A stretch of 61,872 nucleotides of DNA, counting the filler, from Circinaria calcarea (taxonomy: Eukaryota), in NCBI GenBank assembly GCA_051942165.1. It is 15 parts of 15 records of this genome, joined end to end, with 100 filler letters (N's around TTAATTAATTAA, not from the genome) between each part and the next. Parts side by side here need not be neighbours in the genome. Positions count along the whole stretch, not along the records: positions 12,441 to 16,485 come from JAVECS010002493.1; positions 16,586 to 20,629 come from JAVECS010002494.1; positions 20,730 to 24,763 come from JAVECS010002495.1; 12 more parts are not named here. One strand, written 5' to 3'. The position numbers and the translations under genes were made by a program. The notes under the pieces were generated by a model. That model worked only from the letters and a program-made list of their open reading frames with translations. It was not told the DNA's origin and did no database searches. Every line of letters begins with the position of its first letter. Position 1 is the stretch's first letter. This document shows, one piece after another, positions 12,441-24,309 of the stretch.

Positions 12441-14904
12441 AGGAAGAACATCTCCACTCCCAAGAAGGAGGCAATGTGTAAGATCCGCCAGACAAGAGCC
12501 GAGGCAGGCAAGTCGTCTGCCTTTCGAGATGAGCGGCAAGGTAAAACTATCGACGACAAGAAGTTACGACGGCACCTCAAGCAGAACATGAGGCAAGACG
12601 TCGCCATAAAGCGCACCAGCGACGAAGGAGCTAGGGAATTAAGGATACTCTCTGGGTCTTCTTTTTTACTTTCCAACAGCATGTACGTAGTCATGGTTCT
12701 TCCTTTACTCTCATCTAATTCGCATCAACTAAGACTGAACCTGCCTAGTTTTCTTAATTGGAATATGCCATATGGGACTATGCACTCAGCAAGAGCTCGA
12801 GGTCCAAGCTATACTACGGCCTCTCCAATTTCAACATCGACTCCTAGCGATATTGTGGTCGATACACCGCCCAACAACAATGCCCTTTCCCCGAACAATG
12901 CGCCCTCTCCTCTGACTAGGGTTCAAAATAGGAAGGAGGCCATGGATCGAGCACACATGTTCGTTGAAGGTCGACACGGCGCATTGGTCAAGTCACTGCG
13001 CAGAGAGGAGAAAGAGTAAGAGGAAAGATCCTATGCTTCATATAGCTGACCGCTGACATTATCAAAGAATGATATCAACATGGCTATATCAATTCTGGTT
13101 TTACAGTTTCAAAACAGCAAAGTGTTGGGGATATGGCCCTCGAAATTGGGATACCAAAAGCTTGAGACTGGATGCATTCAAAGCCCTAAGCCCAACTCCT
13201 CTTGCGAGCTCACCTAGAGCAGATGGCGGAAGCGTATATGATCAGCCAACGCGACCTAACCTTCAAAAAGCCAGCGAGTCGAATGTAGTGGACACCATTC
13301 CGAAGCCATCACCTCTTTGTCGCTGGAGTATTCACTATGATTCGGGCATCGAATATGAACCATGTCGATCTCGCACGCCAACTCCGGAGCCTGAACCTGA
13401 CCCTCTTAACGAAGAGTCTTGGAGGCCGTGGCCTGACTCTTGGAAAGAGCTGCCTTTTCAAAAACGGCTCCTGAACAACCTTGAGAGCAATGACTTTAGT
13501 AACATCAAACCCGAGACACTCCCAATTTCAGTACCTCAGATAATCAAAGCCCTTGAGAAGTCGGATGATCAACTGTTAGAGGAAGCGTTTGGCTTCAGCA
13601 TTATTGCACGCAACTTAGAGCTGTTCCATGAGTTATATGACAAATTGCCATTGACCTCACAGAATGGACACACAGAAGCAATGGAAAAAATACGTGAGTT
13701 GAATCCATTGCATCTCGCAACCACTTATCTGGACGGCTCGAAAGCCTGCTGCACAATTGTCGATACCCTTCTCAATACGGAATGGGAATTAAACTTTCGT
13801 GCATCCAATGTCAACAGCCTCGGTCACACGGTGTTTGACAACCTTTTAATCGCCATATTGAAGGCGCATACATCTATCACTCCAGGTGCGATTGATGATG
13901 CTCTGAGAGATGAAAAGAGATTTCCAGGCGAAGAGGTTGATATCTGCGGACGTTGGGATGCGGATTCCGACTGTGTCCAGGCACTGTACAGTGCAGGTAC
14001 TCCATGTATTCCGCTTACATGGAAGCATAAGTTCTGTCATACCTCAGCCCAAACTGTTTCCCATTGCATCGAGATCTTTTGTGAATACAGCATGGTTGTG
14101 GAAGATGCTACCATCCTTGATGTACCAAGTGGCTTGTTCTTAAAACATTGTAGGTCTTGTGGTCTGAAACTGCAACTCGGATCACTTCACAGTACTGTTC
14201 TGACTGCATTCGGACTTGCCCAGTACGGTGCCAAGGATGAGGACCTATTTGGTATGCTCGCTGTCTTACTCGCTATGCTTCGCAATGGGGCAGATTCTTC
14301 ATACAGGGTAGATGTTTCTGTTTCGGCTCTCTTCGAAGAAGTGGAATCCGATTGGTCAAATGGGACAGAATGTGATCATGAAAAGTTGAGTCCAGCTGAA
14401 CTAGCCAAGCGAGTTCCCTTGTGCGTGATTGAAAGGTGGCCCAGAGATACTAGGGTTGGGTGGGAGATCTTCTGCTGTACTCTCCAGCGCTCGGAGCAGC
14501 AATGGAAAATCAATGAGCTGCCAATTGAACTTTCGGAGGTGATCTGCAATAGTAACGACGAATATCATTGTGGCAACTTCTTCGGCATAGACCGAAGCCT
14601 AGCTGTACTCTGTGGAGCAGTCCAGGTTGAAATTTTGACCTATAGGCGCCTTCGAGATGGAGATCGCTGGGTATCCTTAAATTTCGATATGTGTGCATTA
14701 CGAGATAATTTTCTCAAAGGTGGGCACGTTTCGGTGGGCTTGGTAGAAAAAGATATGATGAATGAAGTGTGCGACTGCGGGGGTTTTAAGGTATTGTGGC
14801 CTAGTTGCCCTCGAGCAGAAGAGGTTACGAGCTATTATTTCTCGAACCTCGAGGACTGGTCTCGGTCGACGTTCATACAACCTACTGGACGATGTTTACT
14901 ATGA
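12441..14904 (+). CDS. Clr5-domain protein with long C-terminal region (degenerate ankyrin-like, Cys-rich), 5'-truncated
   Basis: Contig opens with RKNISTPKKEAMCKIRQTRAEAGKSS..IDDKKLRRHLK, typical of sequence following the Clr5 core. Introns 12683..12733 and 13016..13067 join to the 611-aa ORF containing NPLHLAT and GHTVFDNL. Confidence 0.65.
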
Positions 14905-15595
14905 AGTACGGTATTCCATACCTAACCTTGCTCAATACTTGGTATTACCGCTCCCAACTCTGTAAGAAATTATACCAAAGTTACAATCCAAAGATCAGAC
15001 AATTCGACAACGATGATTCCTAGCTCTTCAGATATTTGGGGTTTACTTTGGTGGCAAAGTGGAAATGGCGTCAGCGCGATGCTGTACGACTTTCCCTCTG
15101 CAGTTATTGTGAAGGAAATATGGTGCTCCGCTATGCTCCTAAGGTATGGGCAAAGACGCTGTCGAGAATGGGTTGCGAGGGCCTGAATAATGAAGGATCA
15201 AAGGGTATATGGTATGAACTGACTGTTATAGTATAGTGCACATATAGAGGGAATATCAGGACGGGTTTTAGTATTGTATTTTTGAATGCTATACTGCTCT
15301 GCTCTGCTCTGATTATATGTATATGTGTGTGGGAGTCTTCCATGCCTATCTACTTATTTCATATGCACGCCTAGTTACTAGTCGTCTTAACTTCACCATA
15401 ATCCTCCCCTTCTATAAGTTGTGTCCTTTATAACTCCTGTTTACCGAGTCGTAATCAAATGCAAAGGGGGAGTCCTTCAAGCACTTTCCTGCCATCCAAT
15501 TTTATGCTAACCCAGCAACAAATACCGCAACCTTATCAATATTAATTCCTTTTTCACAACAGAAGGAGCGTGCCTGTATTTTATATCAATATTAC

Positions 15596-16143
15596 TGCCA
15601 AGAATAGGGGTTCTATACTGCGTGGAGGAACTAGTATTCGGGGCGGTTGAACTAACTCCCGAGCGCACACAGAATAGAGGTTTTCTGCTATGCAGTTCCA
15701 TAATGAAGTCCATACATATAGAGTAGTAGTTATGATAGCCAATACAGCCTATTTCACCTCCACTTGGGGCTTTTAGCAAAACTTGTTATGTTAGTGTAAT
15801 GGGAACCTAGGCGCGGAATAACTCTGACCCCAACCAATACATACCTGCATGGAAAGAGCCCCCGGCTTAGCTTTACGTAGCTCCGTTATACTTCCACAAC
15901 GGAGCTATATTATATTATTGGACCTTTTCTGACCAATACCAGGGCATGGATTATAGTAAGCTTTTTATCTGGTCCTTACCATATCAGGCTTAAGATATTA
16001 GTGCCGGGCTCCCGTATATAATAAACCTCTTACAGAATTTTGTTAAAAGCCCCAATTATTTCACAGTATGTTATAGAATGCGTGTTATGCGTGTGGAAGA
16101 ATACTTGAAGGATTACTGAGATATAGAGCGAAAAACGAGTTCA
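15596..16143 (+). mobile_element. Dispersed repeat, candidate solo LTR (TG...CA, ATTAC flanks)
   Basis: First 56 nt match the reverse complement of 17071..17126 with 4 transitions, and similarity continues for about 170 nt. ATTAC lies at both 15591-15595 and 16144-16148. The right end is tentative. Confidence 0.55.
15766..16053. mobile_element. Putative 288-bp MITE nested in the repeat above
   Basis: Terminal inverted repeats GGGGCTTTTAGCAAAA / TTTTGTTAAAAGCCCC (15 of 16 match). No coding capacity. Absent from the second copy of the host repeat. Confidence 0.6.
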
Positions 16144-16585
16144 ATTACCGTGGTTTCCCCGCTTCCTTCTCCAATCATGATATGCGGCTCTTTTTAGCCA
16201 TTTCGGTGAAGCCGGTTTTCATCAAAGCCTTCGGGCGCAGTGTACCTTTGAAGCGTGCCAGCCTAATAATTAGTGTGGCGGCTGCCCCCTGCAATGCATA
16301 CTGTCCGGAGTCATTCCGAAACAGAAGTCTCACCCTAAGCTGACCGCTTCACGACTCCACAATATTCAAGAAATCTGAACTATGAAGTGTGGCAGAGCAA
16401 TAGGTACGATCAACAAACTCGACTATCACAATGAATATCACCCTCTACAAGATCCAAAGCGAATCCAAAAACATCCCCTTATCTCNNNNNNNNNNNNNNN
16501 NNNNNNNNNNNNNNNNNNNNNNNNNNNNNTTAATTAATTAANNNNNNNNNNNNNNNNNNNNNNNNNNNNNNNNNNNNNNNNNNNN

Positions 16586-17126
16586 AAATTCGTGATTATA
16601 TTAACACTATATATTATAAAATATAAGGGGTGGCTGAATTACGCCCGCGAGAATATCACGTGATCTCCCTTTTCTTGGCGGACCCTTTTATTTTTTAATA
16701 TATTTTTCCGCCCGGCTCCCATGCATATTTATATATTCAATACGATATAACTATTGCGCCTCCTAATGGTTTCTTATAAATAAGGGCTTATTTTAATCGC
16801 TGAATCAAGCTCTTTAATTTAAGCTTCTATTCTTTAGAAATTATTGATTTTTGGTGAGTACATCGAAACTGCAAATCAAAATACTTTAGAAATCGGATTT
16901 TAAAATTCTTCACATAATTTCTATTTTGCTTAACGGACCTTGTAAAATAATGGAGGTAATACAGGGTGGAATAGACTGTATTGACTATGGTAACTACCAG
17001 TTTATATGTGTGGATTTCACTATGGAACTGCATAACAGAAACCTCTGCCATATATGTGTTTGGTAAATAATTCGACCGCTCCGAATACTAGTTCCTCCAC
17101 GCAGTGTAGAACCCCTATTCTTGACA
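16586..17126 (-). mobile_element. Second copy of the TG-starting repeat, AT-rich, running toward the contig end
   Basis: Begins TGTCAAGAATAGGGGTTCTACACTGCGTGGAGGAACTAGT on the minus strand. Sharp drop in GC content relative to the adjacent gene. Confidence 0.65.
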
Positions 17127-17762
17127 CGCTTCTATCATGTGTGCTATATATGCTTCTTTTCTAACGTTTTTCCCATGTTCCTGGAAATCGTCCACGACCT
17201 TCCCGAATTGCTGGTTGAAGGGCTTCCATAATAGCTTGAAAGGAACACTGAAAGTTGACATAAATGGTCGTTTCCCTTTTCGAAAGACAGCCTTCGCGTC
17301 TGTACAGAACTCCAAGATATCCAGGTAGACTTTTGAAAGGGCCTGCACTAAGCGTTCGTGGCTGGGAAACAGCTTTTCATATTCCCTAAACTGCGGGAGA
17401 ACATCGCCAATCCGTACGAACATATCCACGAGCCTCTCAAAGTACTTGTGAAACTCGCTCGCAAGGTGGAGAACGACCCTCAAACTACCCCATAGCGGAA
17501 CTAAGACAAGGGACGACACATTCGCGTAGACATCAAGTGCTTTACCATACTGATCGATGGCAGCAACGAGAGGCTGGAGTTTGGTCCCTAAACGACGGGT
17601 TATGCTTTGAGCTTGATGTGCATTCTGCATCGCGCTGGCGCTGTAAAAGACATTCTCCAACGAAGCATTGTCAAATATCTCTCGCTCGCTCCCGCTAAGG
17701 TCCTCGGTGTATCGGCGACGAGCGCGAGCCCAAGCATCTTCAGAAATCACAAGGCTGGCCAT
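17115..17762 (-). pseudogene. N-terminal domain of a fungal NACHT/STAND (NLR-like) gene, truncated by the repeat
   Basis: Helical domain LQPLVAAIDQYGKALDVYAN..LWGSLRVVL..IGDVLPQFREYEKLF..VYLDILEFC..LWKPF, typical of pre-NACHT N-termini (DUF7708-like). The stop codon (CQE*) is supplied by the repeat and no P-loop is reached. Confidence 0.7.
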
Positions 17763-18942
17763 TCCGGGAAAGCACAACGAGTAACAACGTCACGGAAGTT
17801 GGAGAGGCTTGGAGATAAGAGGATCGTAGCCTGGAGGCGTAATCTATGTATATGGGAGAGCTCATAAACATGAGGATGCGGTCACAGATGGGGCTGTGCG
17901 AAGTCCGCCTCGGGGTTTGCCCTGAGGCTGCACCGAAGTGGAGTCCACGGTGTACGTACCATTGAGCTGCAACGCTGGCGAGGCAGTTCGCGACTCAAGT
18001 ATTAGCGTAAAACCACCTACTATAGTGGGAAAAACCCCTCCACACCTCGGTGGTCCGGAGTCGGGAACACTTTGCAGCGCGGTAAAAGAGAGATTGGTGG
18101 CGAGCTGACCCTTTCCAGCTGGGTTGTTTGAATGGTATCTTAGCGCTGAAAACCATCACACAGCTACCCAAGCGTGGTGAGCTCTACCTCGATTGGCTAC
18201 TATGTCTCAATCGAGATCAGGCAGGGCCGTCTTGAGTTGATGGTTTATATGGCAACTGTCAAGCTAGTAAGGTATTCACAGTGGAAGAAGCTTCTCTCAT
18301 ATCACGTTGATCTTCCTTATGTTTGGTGCTAGAAGCTGTTACTACAACGGGCTACAAATAGGGTCCAAAGGAAAGTACAAGCAGAGGCATCTTCCCACCC
18401 AAAGCCAAAACAAAAACTCCAGGCCTCCAGAGAAACTAACCCTACTACACGCCGGAGAAATCTAACTTGGACCCCCGACCATTCCCACCAGGATTTTCGG
18501 GTCTGGCTGCCTAAGGCTACCCGGAACGGTGTCAAACTAGGAAAAGAGGGTGTCTTGAGATTGTTCTTGATAGCTTTCTAGAGCACCTGCGATTTGTGTG
18601 TGGCCTTTCTTCTTAGGGTCAAAAGATCGAAGCACCGAGCTATCAAGGATTCTCCGCCGTCGTGATAAAGGCCGGAATCTCGGTCAGCGGTAAAAGCCAC
18701 GCAAGAGGCATCTAAATTGGATTCACAGGGAAGTGGAGAGTTGCCGGTGTTGGTAAAAGGGTTGAAAATGACAAACCAAGTCTCGACTCGCTGTGTGAAA
18801 ATATCGTCACTTAGAACGAAAATGATAGATTCTCCATGGACCATGAACTTTTCACAGCAACCACCATACCTTCTGCCAGACCAAGTGGAAAAAGGAGGGT
18901 CACTTTGCGTTTGCACCCATAACTGATAGCAACCAGTGCAAC

Positions 18943-20027
18943 ATGTTTCCCCTGCCTTGATATTTTTTTTCTTTCATCGAAATTGACCTCCGCAGTGCGC
19001 GTTCAGACGTACCATACGCCCGGCGCCCAGCGCCCCGAAAAGCGCCCCAGGGCTTGGCTTCGACTTTACAATTTCATACGGAACAGCAGCAATACGCCAT
19101 CATAATGGATTTACAAACGTTGAGAAAATTTCTGGTGATGAAGCCTATCAGAAGATGATGCAAAGGTTCTCGCTGCCTTCATGAAGGCGTTGATAGTAAA
19201 CGGCACTATCAACTCCTACCAACAAAGCTGACCTTTTCTAGTCCCCCATAACCGAGACATAGTAGAATCCTTCCGTCTCGACTATGCTTGGAGAAACTTC
19301 CGAAAGCAGTTAGGACTTCCTGCGTCTTCCCACGTTGGCATCCTCGCCAAGGGCCTCATCCAGCTTCGCGATGTCGCTGAGCACCAGCTTGGCCATTATA
19401 TGAACTGTGTCGTAACTACTTACCCCTTACTTCCAGGTCTCTGCAGCAAAGATGTCGATGATGCTCTTGAATACATAGGCCTCACTGCACTCACTGACTG
19501 GAAACTAGTCTTTCAGCCTCATAAAGCATCCATCTGCCACGTATGTTGGCTATGGCTTCGGTCTATGCAAAGACTATACGAACTTTGACTTGTGCAAGAT
19601 CGACGAGAAAGAATTGCCCAATGAGCAGACCCTTACCGTTTTATAAACCCAGACCTCCATGATCGTGGTCTTGTGCCCCATGACGACAGCCTACCTATAC
19701 TACGAGCCTAAGGATACCTATCTGATCGACCACGAGGCCGGACTAGGGTCCTTGGCCAACTATCCAGACAATCCAGGTGCTTACTGGGATCGTGTCCGTC
19801 TTAGGCTGATTGAGCTTCCGCTTGAAGACTGGACGAAACGACGTGTCACCAAGGTTCTGTTCCTTGGAGAAAGTGCTCTCGACAAGGAATTCCTACAAGT
19901 GGTTGAGGATGCCATGCGCAGACTACAGGGTGACATACCTACAATCTATCAATCCGATCCGCTCTATATAGCCGCCGAAGGCGCCGCCGAGTTCGCCCAG
20001 CGAGCGCAGGAAGATCGGACACAATAA
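18943..20027 (+). pseudogene. Decayed fungal Hsp70/actin-like ATPase-fold gene
   Basis: GLGFDFTISYGTAAI (phosphate-1-like), DVDDALEYIGL, GYGFGLC, VLFLGESA, DPLYIAAEGAAEFA. Interrupted by TGA (about 19182), TAA (19644) and a frameshift near 19535. Confidence 0.6.
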
Positions 20028-20729
20028 GCACCTTACGAGAATGAAGAAGTATAAGGAGTCGTATCAATCATCACGTTCCTCCCCGCAATGTTACTTTCAT
20101 CGGTGAGGATCTGTGCATACGACCATCTATCCGCAAGAAACGCCAACCCCCTACCTGTCGCGGTGTCTTTGCTCGACCCTAAGCCACAGTAATCATCCCC
20201 AATCTCCTGATTTATCGTCAAAGCTCGGCAGCTATCAGAAAAGCGACGACAGAGGACCTCAATTTCAGTTGACCAAGAGCAATTGACGAATCCAATCCCT
20301 CACCCAGCGCGGTCCAACAGCCATCTATCTAGCTTAGCAGACAATACAGATAAACCATTCGATATCCCAAACACCAATTCCCCAACCCCCCACCACATTC
20401 TTCTTCTTCTCATATTTCCGCATCGCCACACCCTTTTACCCTACCTTACCCTCCTAAATCCCCCCCCCAACGAACCCAATAACGCACAAAACATGTACCA
20501 TACCGTAGCGTCATCGCATCACCGCAAACCAACCCCAATATCCCCTCCTCGGGACTCCCGGACTATTCCCACCCTTTTGCGCAAAAATACTTCTATTTCT
20601 ATTCAACTCTCCTCCCCCCCCCCCTTTTCNNNNNNNNNNNNNNNNNNNNNNNNNNNNNNNNNNNNNNNNNNNNTTAATTAATTAANNNNNNNNNNNNNNN
20701 NNNNNNNNNNNNNNNNNNNNNNNNNNNNN

Positions 20730-21065
20730 GGCCCCCGAGCGATCTTGACCCGCCAACCCACAGAAGGAAGATCGCGAGACGGCGGTCTGCGCCTCGGCGA
20801 GATGGAGCGCGATTGCCTCATCGCGTACGGGGCCTCCCAGTTGCTGCTGGAAAGGCTGATGCTCTCGAGCGACGCGCACCAGGTCGACGTCTGCGAGACG
20901 TGCGGCATGATGGGCTATCAGGGCTACTGCCAAACCTGCCGTAAGAGCCAGGGGGTCGTCAAGATGACGATTCCGTACGCGGCCAAGTTGCTGATTCAGG
21001 AGCTGTTGAGTATGAATGTTAGTGCACGGTTGAGGTTAGAGGATGAGTTTCCGGCGGTAACGTGA
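20730..21065 (+). CDS. RPC2: RNA polymerase III second-largest subunit, C-terminal fragment
   Basis: [38 protein letters not shown], zinc ribbon CxxC..Cxx[16 protein letters not shown]. The [15 protein letters not shown] residues are Pol III type, not RPB2. Confidence 0.93.
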   Translation, partial: GPRAILTRQPTEGRSRDGGLRLGEMERDCLIAYGASQLLLERLMLSSDAHQVDVCETCGMMGYQGYCQTCRKSQGVVKMTIPYAAKLLIQELLSMNVSARLRLEDEFPAVT

Positions 21066-21420
21066 GCGATGGCTTTTCCGCGGGTGGGAAGAAAAAAGCA
21101 TTGATGGGGTGGGGCAGGGCGTTTTTTTGGGGAGGCGTAGAGCCTTTGCATTTGCAGGGGTGTTGTTACGAAGCATGACGGGACGCGGTGATGTTGATGC
21201 CGAAACGATGTCCATACCCCAAATGTAAGTACTGTGAGAGTGGAAATGGCAAAACCCATGTACAGTTCACCAATCCACATTTTACAAATTCACAATCCAC
21301 AAGCCTCGGAAGTTTCACACCTGATTCCCTATTTTCCATTTTCTCCATTTCCCTTTTGCACATTCACTTTTCCCAACCATTACTCCCTCGTGCTGTGAAT
21401 CTCTCGTCCTCATTCTGGGC

Positions 21421-21784
21421 ATGATTCTCTCCCTAGTACGGTTTCGATAGGAAGAATGAAATCTGGGTTAACGAGACTAACAACAGAAACGCTTCGGCGA
21501 TGATCCGAAGCTGCTCTGGAAGCTCATGGATCTGATGGTCGAGGCGGGGCTGTGTACCCGCAACGAGCCAAACCACGAAGAAATCCTGAGGCTGTTGGCG
21601 CCGGCGCCGGATCTGGTGGAGGACTTTAGGCAGATGCTGGCAAGGAGGCAGGAATACTACGACGAGGTCATATTGTGGCAGAATGAGCACCGGGTGACTC
21701 TGGTTACTACAAGGTCCTGCTAGTATAAAAGAGGGCAATGATGAGTTGACCTCGCAGAGGAAAGGGAGCATACGCGCGGCTTAA
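21421..21784 (+). CDS. Predicted 82-aa three-exon protein resembling a single PAH (paired amphipathic helix) domain
   Basis: Exons 21421-21435, 21487-21693 and 21758-21784. Introns GTACGG..CTAAC..CAG (51 nt) and GTGACT..TTGAC..CAG (64 nt). Product MILSLKRFGDDPKLLWKLMDLM..EILRLLAPAPDLVEDFRQML.. Confidence 0.5.
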
Positions 21785-22529
21785 CCATCAGAACAGGAGA
21801 GAACTCATAATCGCTAAGTCTTAAGAGAAGTTGGTTCACACTTGCAATAACTTGCTCACTGTCACTTTTCGGTTGCGATGCTCGATTAAATTTCATACAT
21901 TAGCACGGTATCTTTCATGACTTTTCTGATAATCTGGCCGACAAAACAGTTCTAATACTTGCAAGCTAAGACGTTACAATGATCCACCCGGTTCTATCAT
22001 GATTATCACTTGATTGCTGTGTTATTCTTATGCTCCCATATGCCTTTATGCATATCTCCACTCCGTTTTTGTTGTTCTAATGTTCACCCCGATTCATCCT
22101 TCCCCCATAGGTATTCCTCGTTGCTAATTTACGTAGTATTTATATTATACCTTTGAGCATGATTTCCTCCCTTAATTACAGATAGTCGCAGCAGACAAAG
22201 CTTCCAGTATAAGATTAATTACTTCTGCGGCGTGTCGTCTGGTGAGCTGGTTCCATATTGAGGCAGGAATTGTATCGACCAAATGGTTTTACGCCATACC
22301 TCCTCTTAATCGACCTGCCGCCTTGTAGTAAGCCCCGGTGCATTTCAAGGCCTCAGCTGCAGCGCAGAACCGGACAAAACCTGAATAATAAGAGGGAAGG
22401 GAAATTAGGTAGGGGCAGGACTCGGACGCATTGACCGTCCCTTAACCCTACGTAGCAACTAAATTTAATATACCCTTCTCAATATTTGTTCCTCTACTAA
22501 AGCGACTAACTTCAAGCTTAGTCCTTAAA

Positions 22530-23552
22530 ATACCTCTTGTTTTGACTTCCCTCGAAACCACAGGCTCAGATTGCCTACGACATTTCAGGCCCGGATGCGG
22601 CTGAGGGTCAGAACTCACCACTGGTTCTTTCCATCAACGGACTCGGTCTGCCTGCTGCATCATGGAAACCAGTGATTTCTATAGTGCAAGTGTCGGATAG
22701 ACCCAACAAACCGCAAATATTGACTTGTGATCGCTTGGGTCAGGGCGCCACCACAGCTCGCGATCCATTGGATGAGCAACCAGGCAAGGAAACCGGCTAC
22801 GGCCATGGCTTCGTGGACGCGACAAAGGACCTCCATGAGGTCCTGCAAGCTATTGCACCGCAGGGTTCGAAGCCACGCCGTTTGGTCTTCGTCGCAGCTA
22901 GCATCGCCGTCCATCTCGCTCGCTTGTACGCACAGCACTACCCAGGAGAGGTTGCCGGACTCCTCATCTTGGATTCCAATGTCGGAAATCAGGAATTCTC
23001 AGATCTCTAGCCAGATGCTCAGGCATCAGGTATCAGGCTTCGATCCCAAAGATGTGGTTGCCGACGACTGTACCTTGGAGCAGTATCTCGAAACGAGCGC
23101 CAGATTGCCCAAAAGATTTTCGATTCGGGACGTCAAAAGTCACGAAGGGCTAAACAGACGCAACATCAAGAAGCTATTGCCTGAGCCGGGAGCGCCCAAA
23201 GCTGATTGGACCAGATGGCAAAGGCCTCTGGTTGATTGTAGTCGGCCAGGATCCCAAGGCATTTCACAGACGAGAGCCTGAAGATGATGAAGATCCCCCC
23301 GCAGTCTGAGCCTGCGGTTCTCAGATCCGTAGGTCCTCCTTGACACGTGTTAAGCAAATGGCTGAATCTTCCGTGCGACAAGCGCTTGGAACCAATAGAA
23401 TGAAGGCCTAATGGGTCTGACTGATGCCCGACAGAAGTCGTGGCGTTGTGATTTGCTCCCGGCTGCGGTCACTTCGTTCAAAAAGAACGATCCCAATCTC
23501 GTGGCTGCCCCGGCTGGAGGAACTGCTTGATAAGGTAATGTCTACAGAATGA
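22530..23552 (+). pseudogene. Alpha/beta hydrolase pseudogene (start approximate)
   Basis: INGLGLPAASW, DRLGQGAT, nucleophile elbow VAASIAV, LLILDS, C-terminal GCGHFVQK. Premature TAG at 23008 and several frameshifts. Confidence 0.8.
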
Positions 23553-24309
23553 TATCTATCTGGAAGGGGAATCTCATACCGCGCATTGCCTTCGTATGGC
23601 TTGGAGATTGGCATTATTACTGAACAGGAGAAGCAGATGATTGTTGTAGTTCGAGGCACAAAGAATGGGTAATTCGTAAACCAACGTGGTTGATTCGTGT
23701 AGAGACTAGTCCATGTATAAATCGACTTGGCATTCGCAAAGCAACCATCTATGTTGTAAATGGACCCTTTCATAAATCAACCGTTTTGTACGTGCCCAGA
23801 CTAATGCCGCTTTTGAATCCTGGGTTGATTTACGAAACAACCGGACCGTACACAAACACATGTGTCTTCGCGGGCCAACGCCAACGCCTTTGTCTTAACG
23901 GTATGCGAAGCCGGATTTTTCAACGGGAAAACTTTTTGCAATTCTCGGTAATTACTGTATCGAAAATAGGGGTGCTCTGCTATGACTCTCCTAATGATAG
24001 GCAAGGACGCTGTCGAGTATAGTGGGTAAGGTGGTGCTACTGGAAGGATTTGCGGCGAATATGGCACTGGCTGACTGCTATAGTATAGTGCACATATGCA
24101 TGACTGTGAACTGCTTCTGTTCCGGAGCTGTATGCTATGCATTCTGTGCTGTAGCGACTGCTATTCTGTATGTGACGTGTCTGTAAACGCAATGCTCGCC
24201 TCTATGCTAAAAACCCGGTCTCATTCTAAATTAGTGCCTTGGCTCCACCACATTAGGTATCGTTCAACCATTTTCTCCATTCATCACTAATCTTTCCTCT
24301 TCCCGACTC

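Noticed and set aside
20730..21065. RPB2 or a viral RNA polymerase
   Set aside because: Diagnostic residues ([25 protein letters not shown]) match the Pol III subunit.
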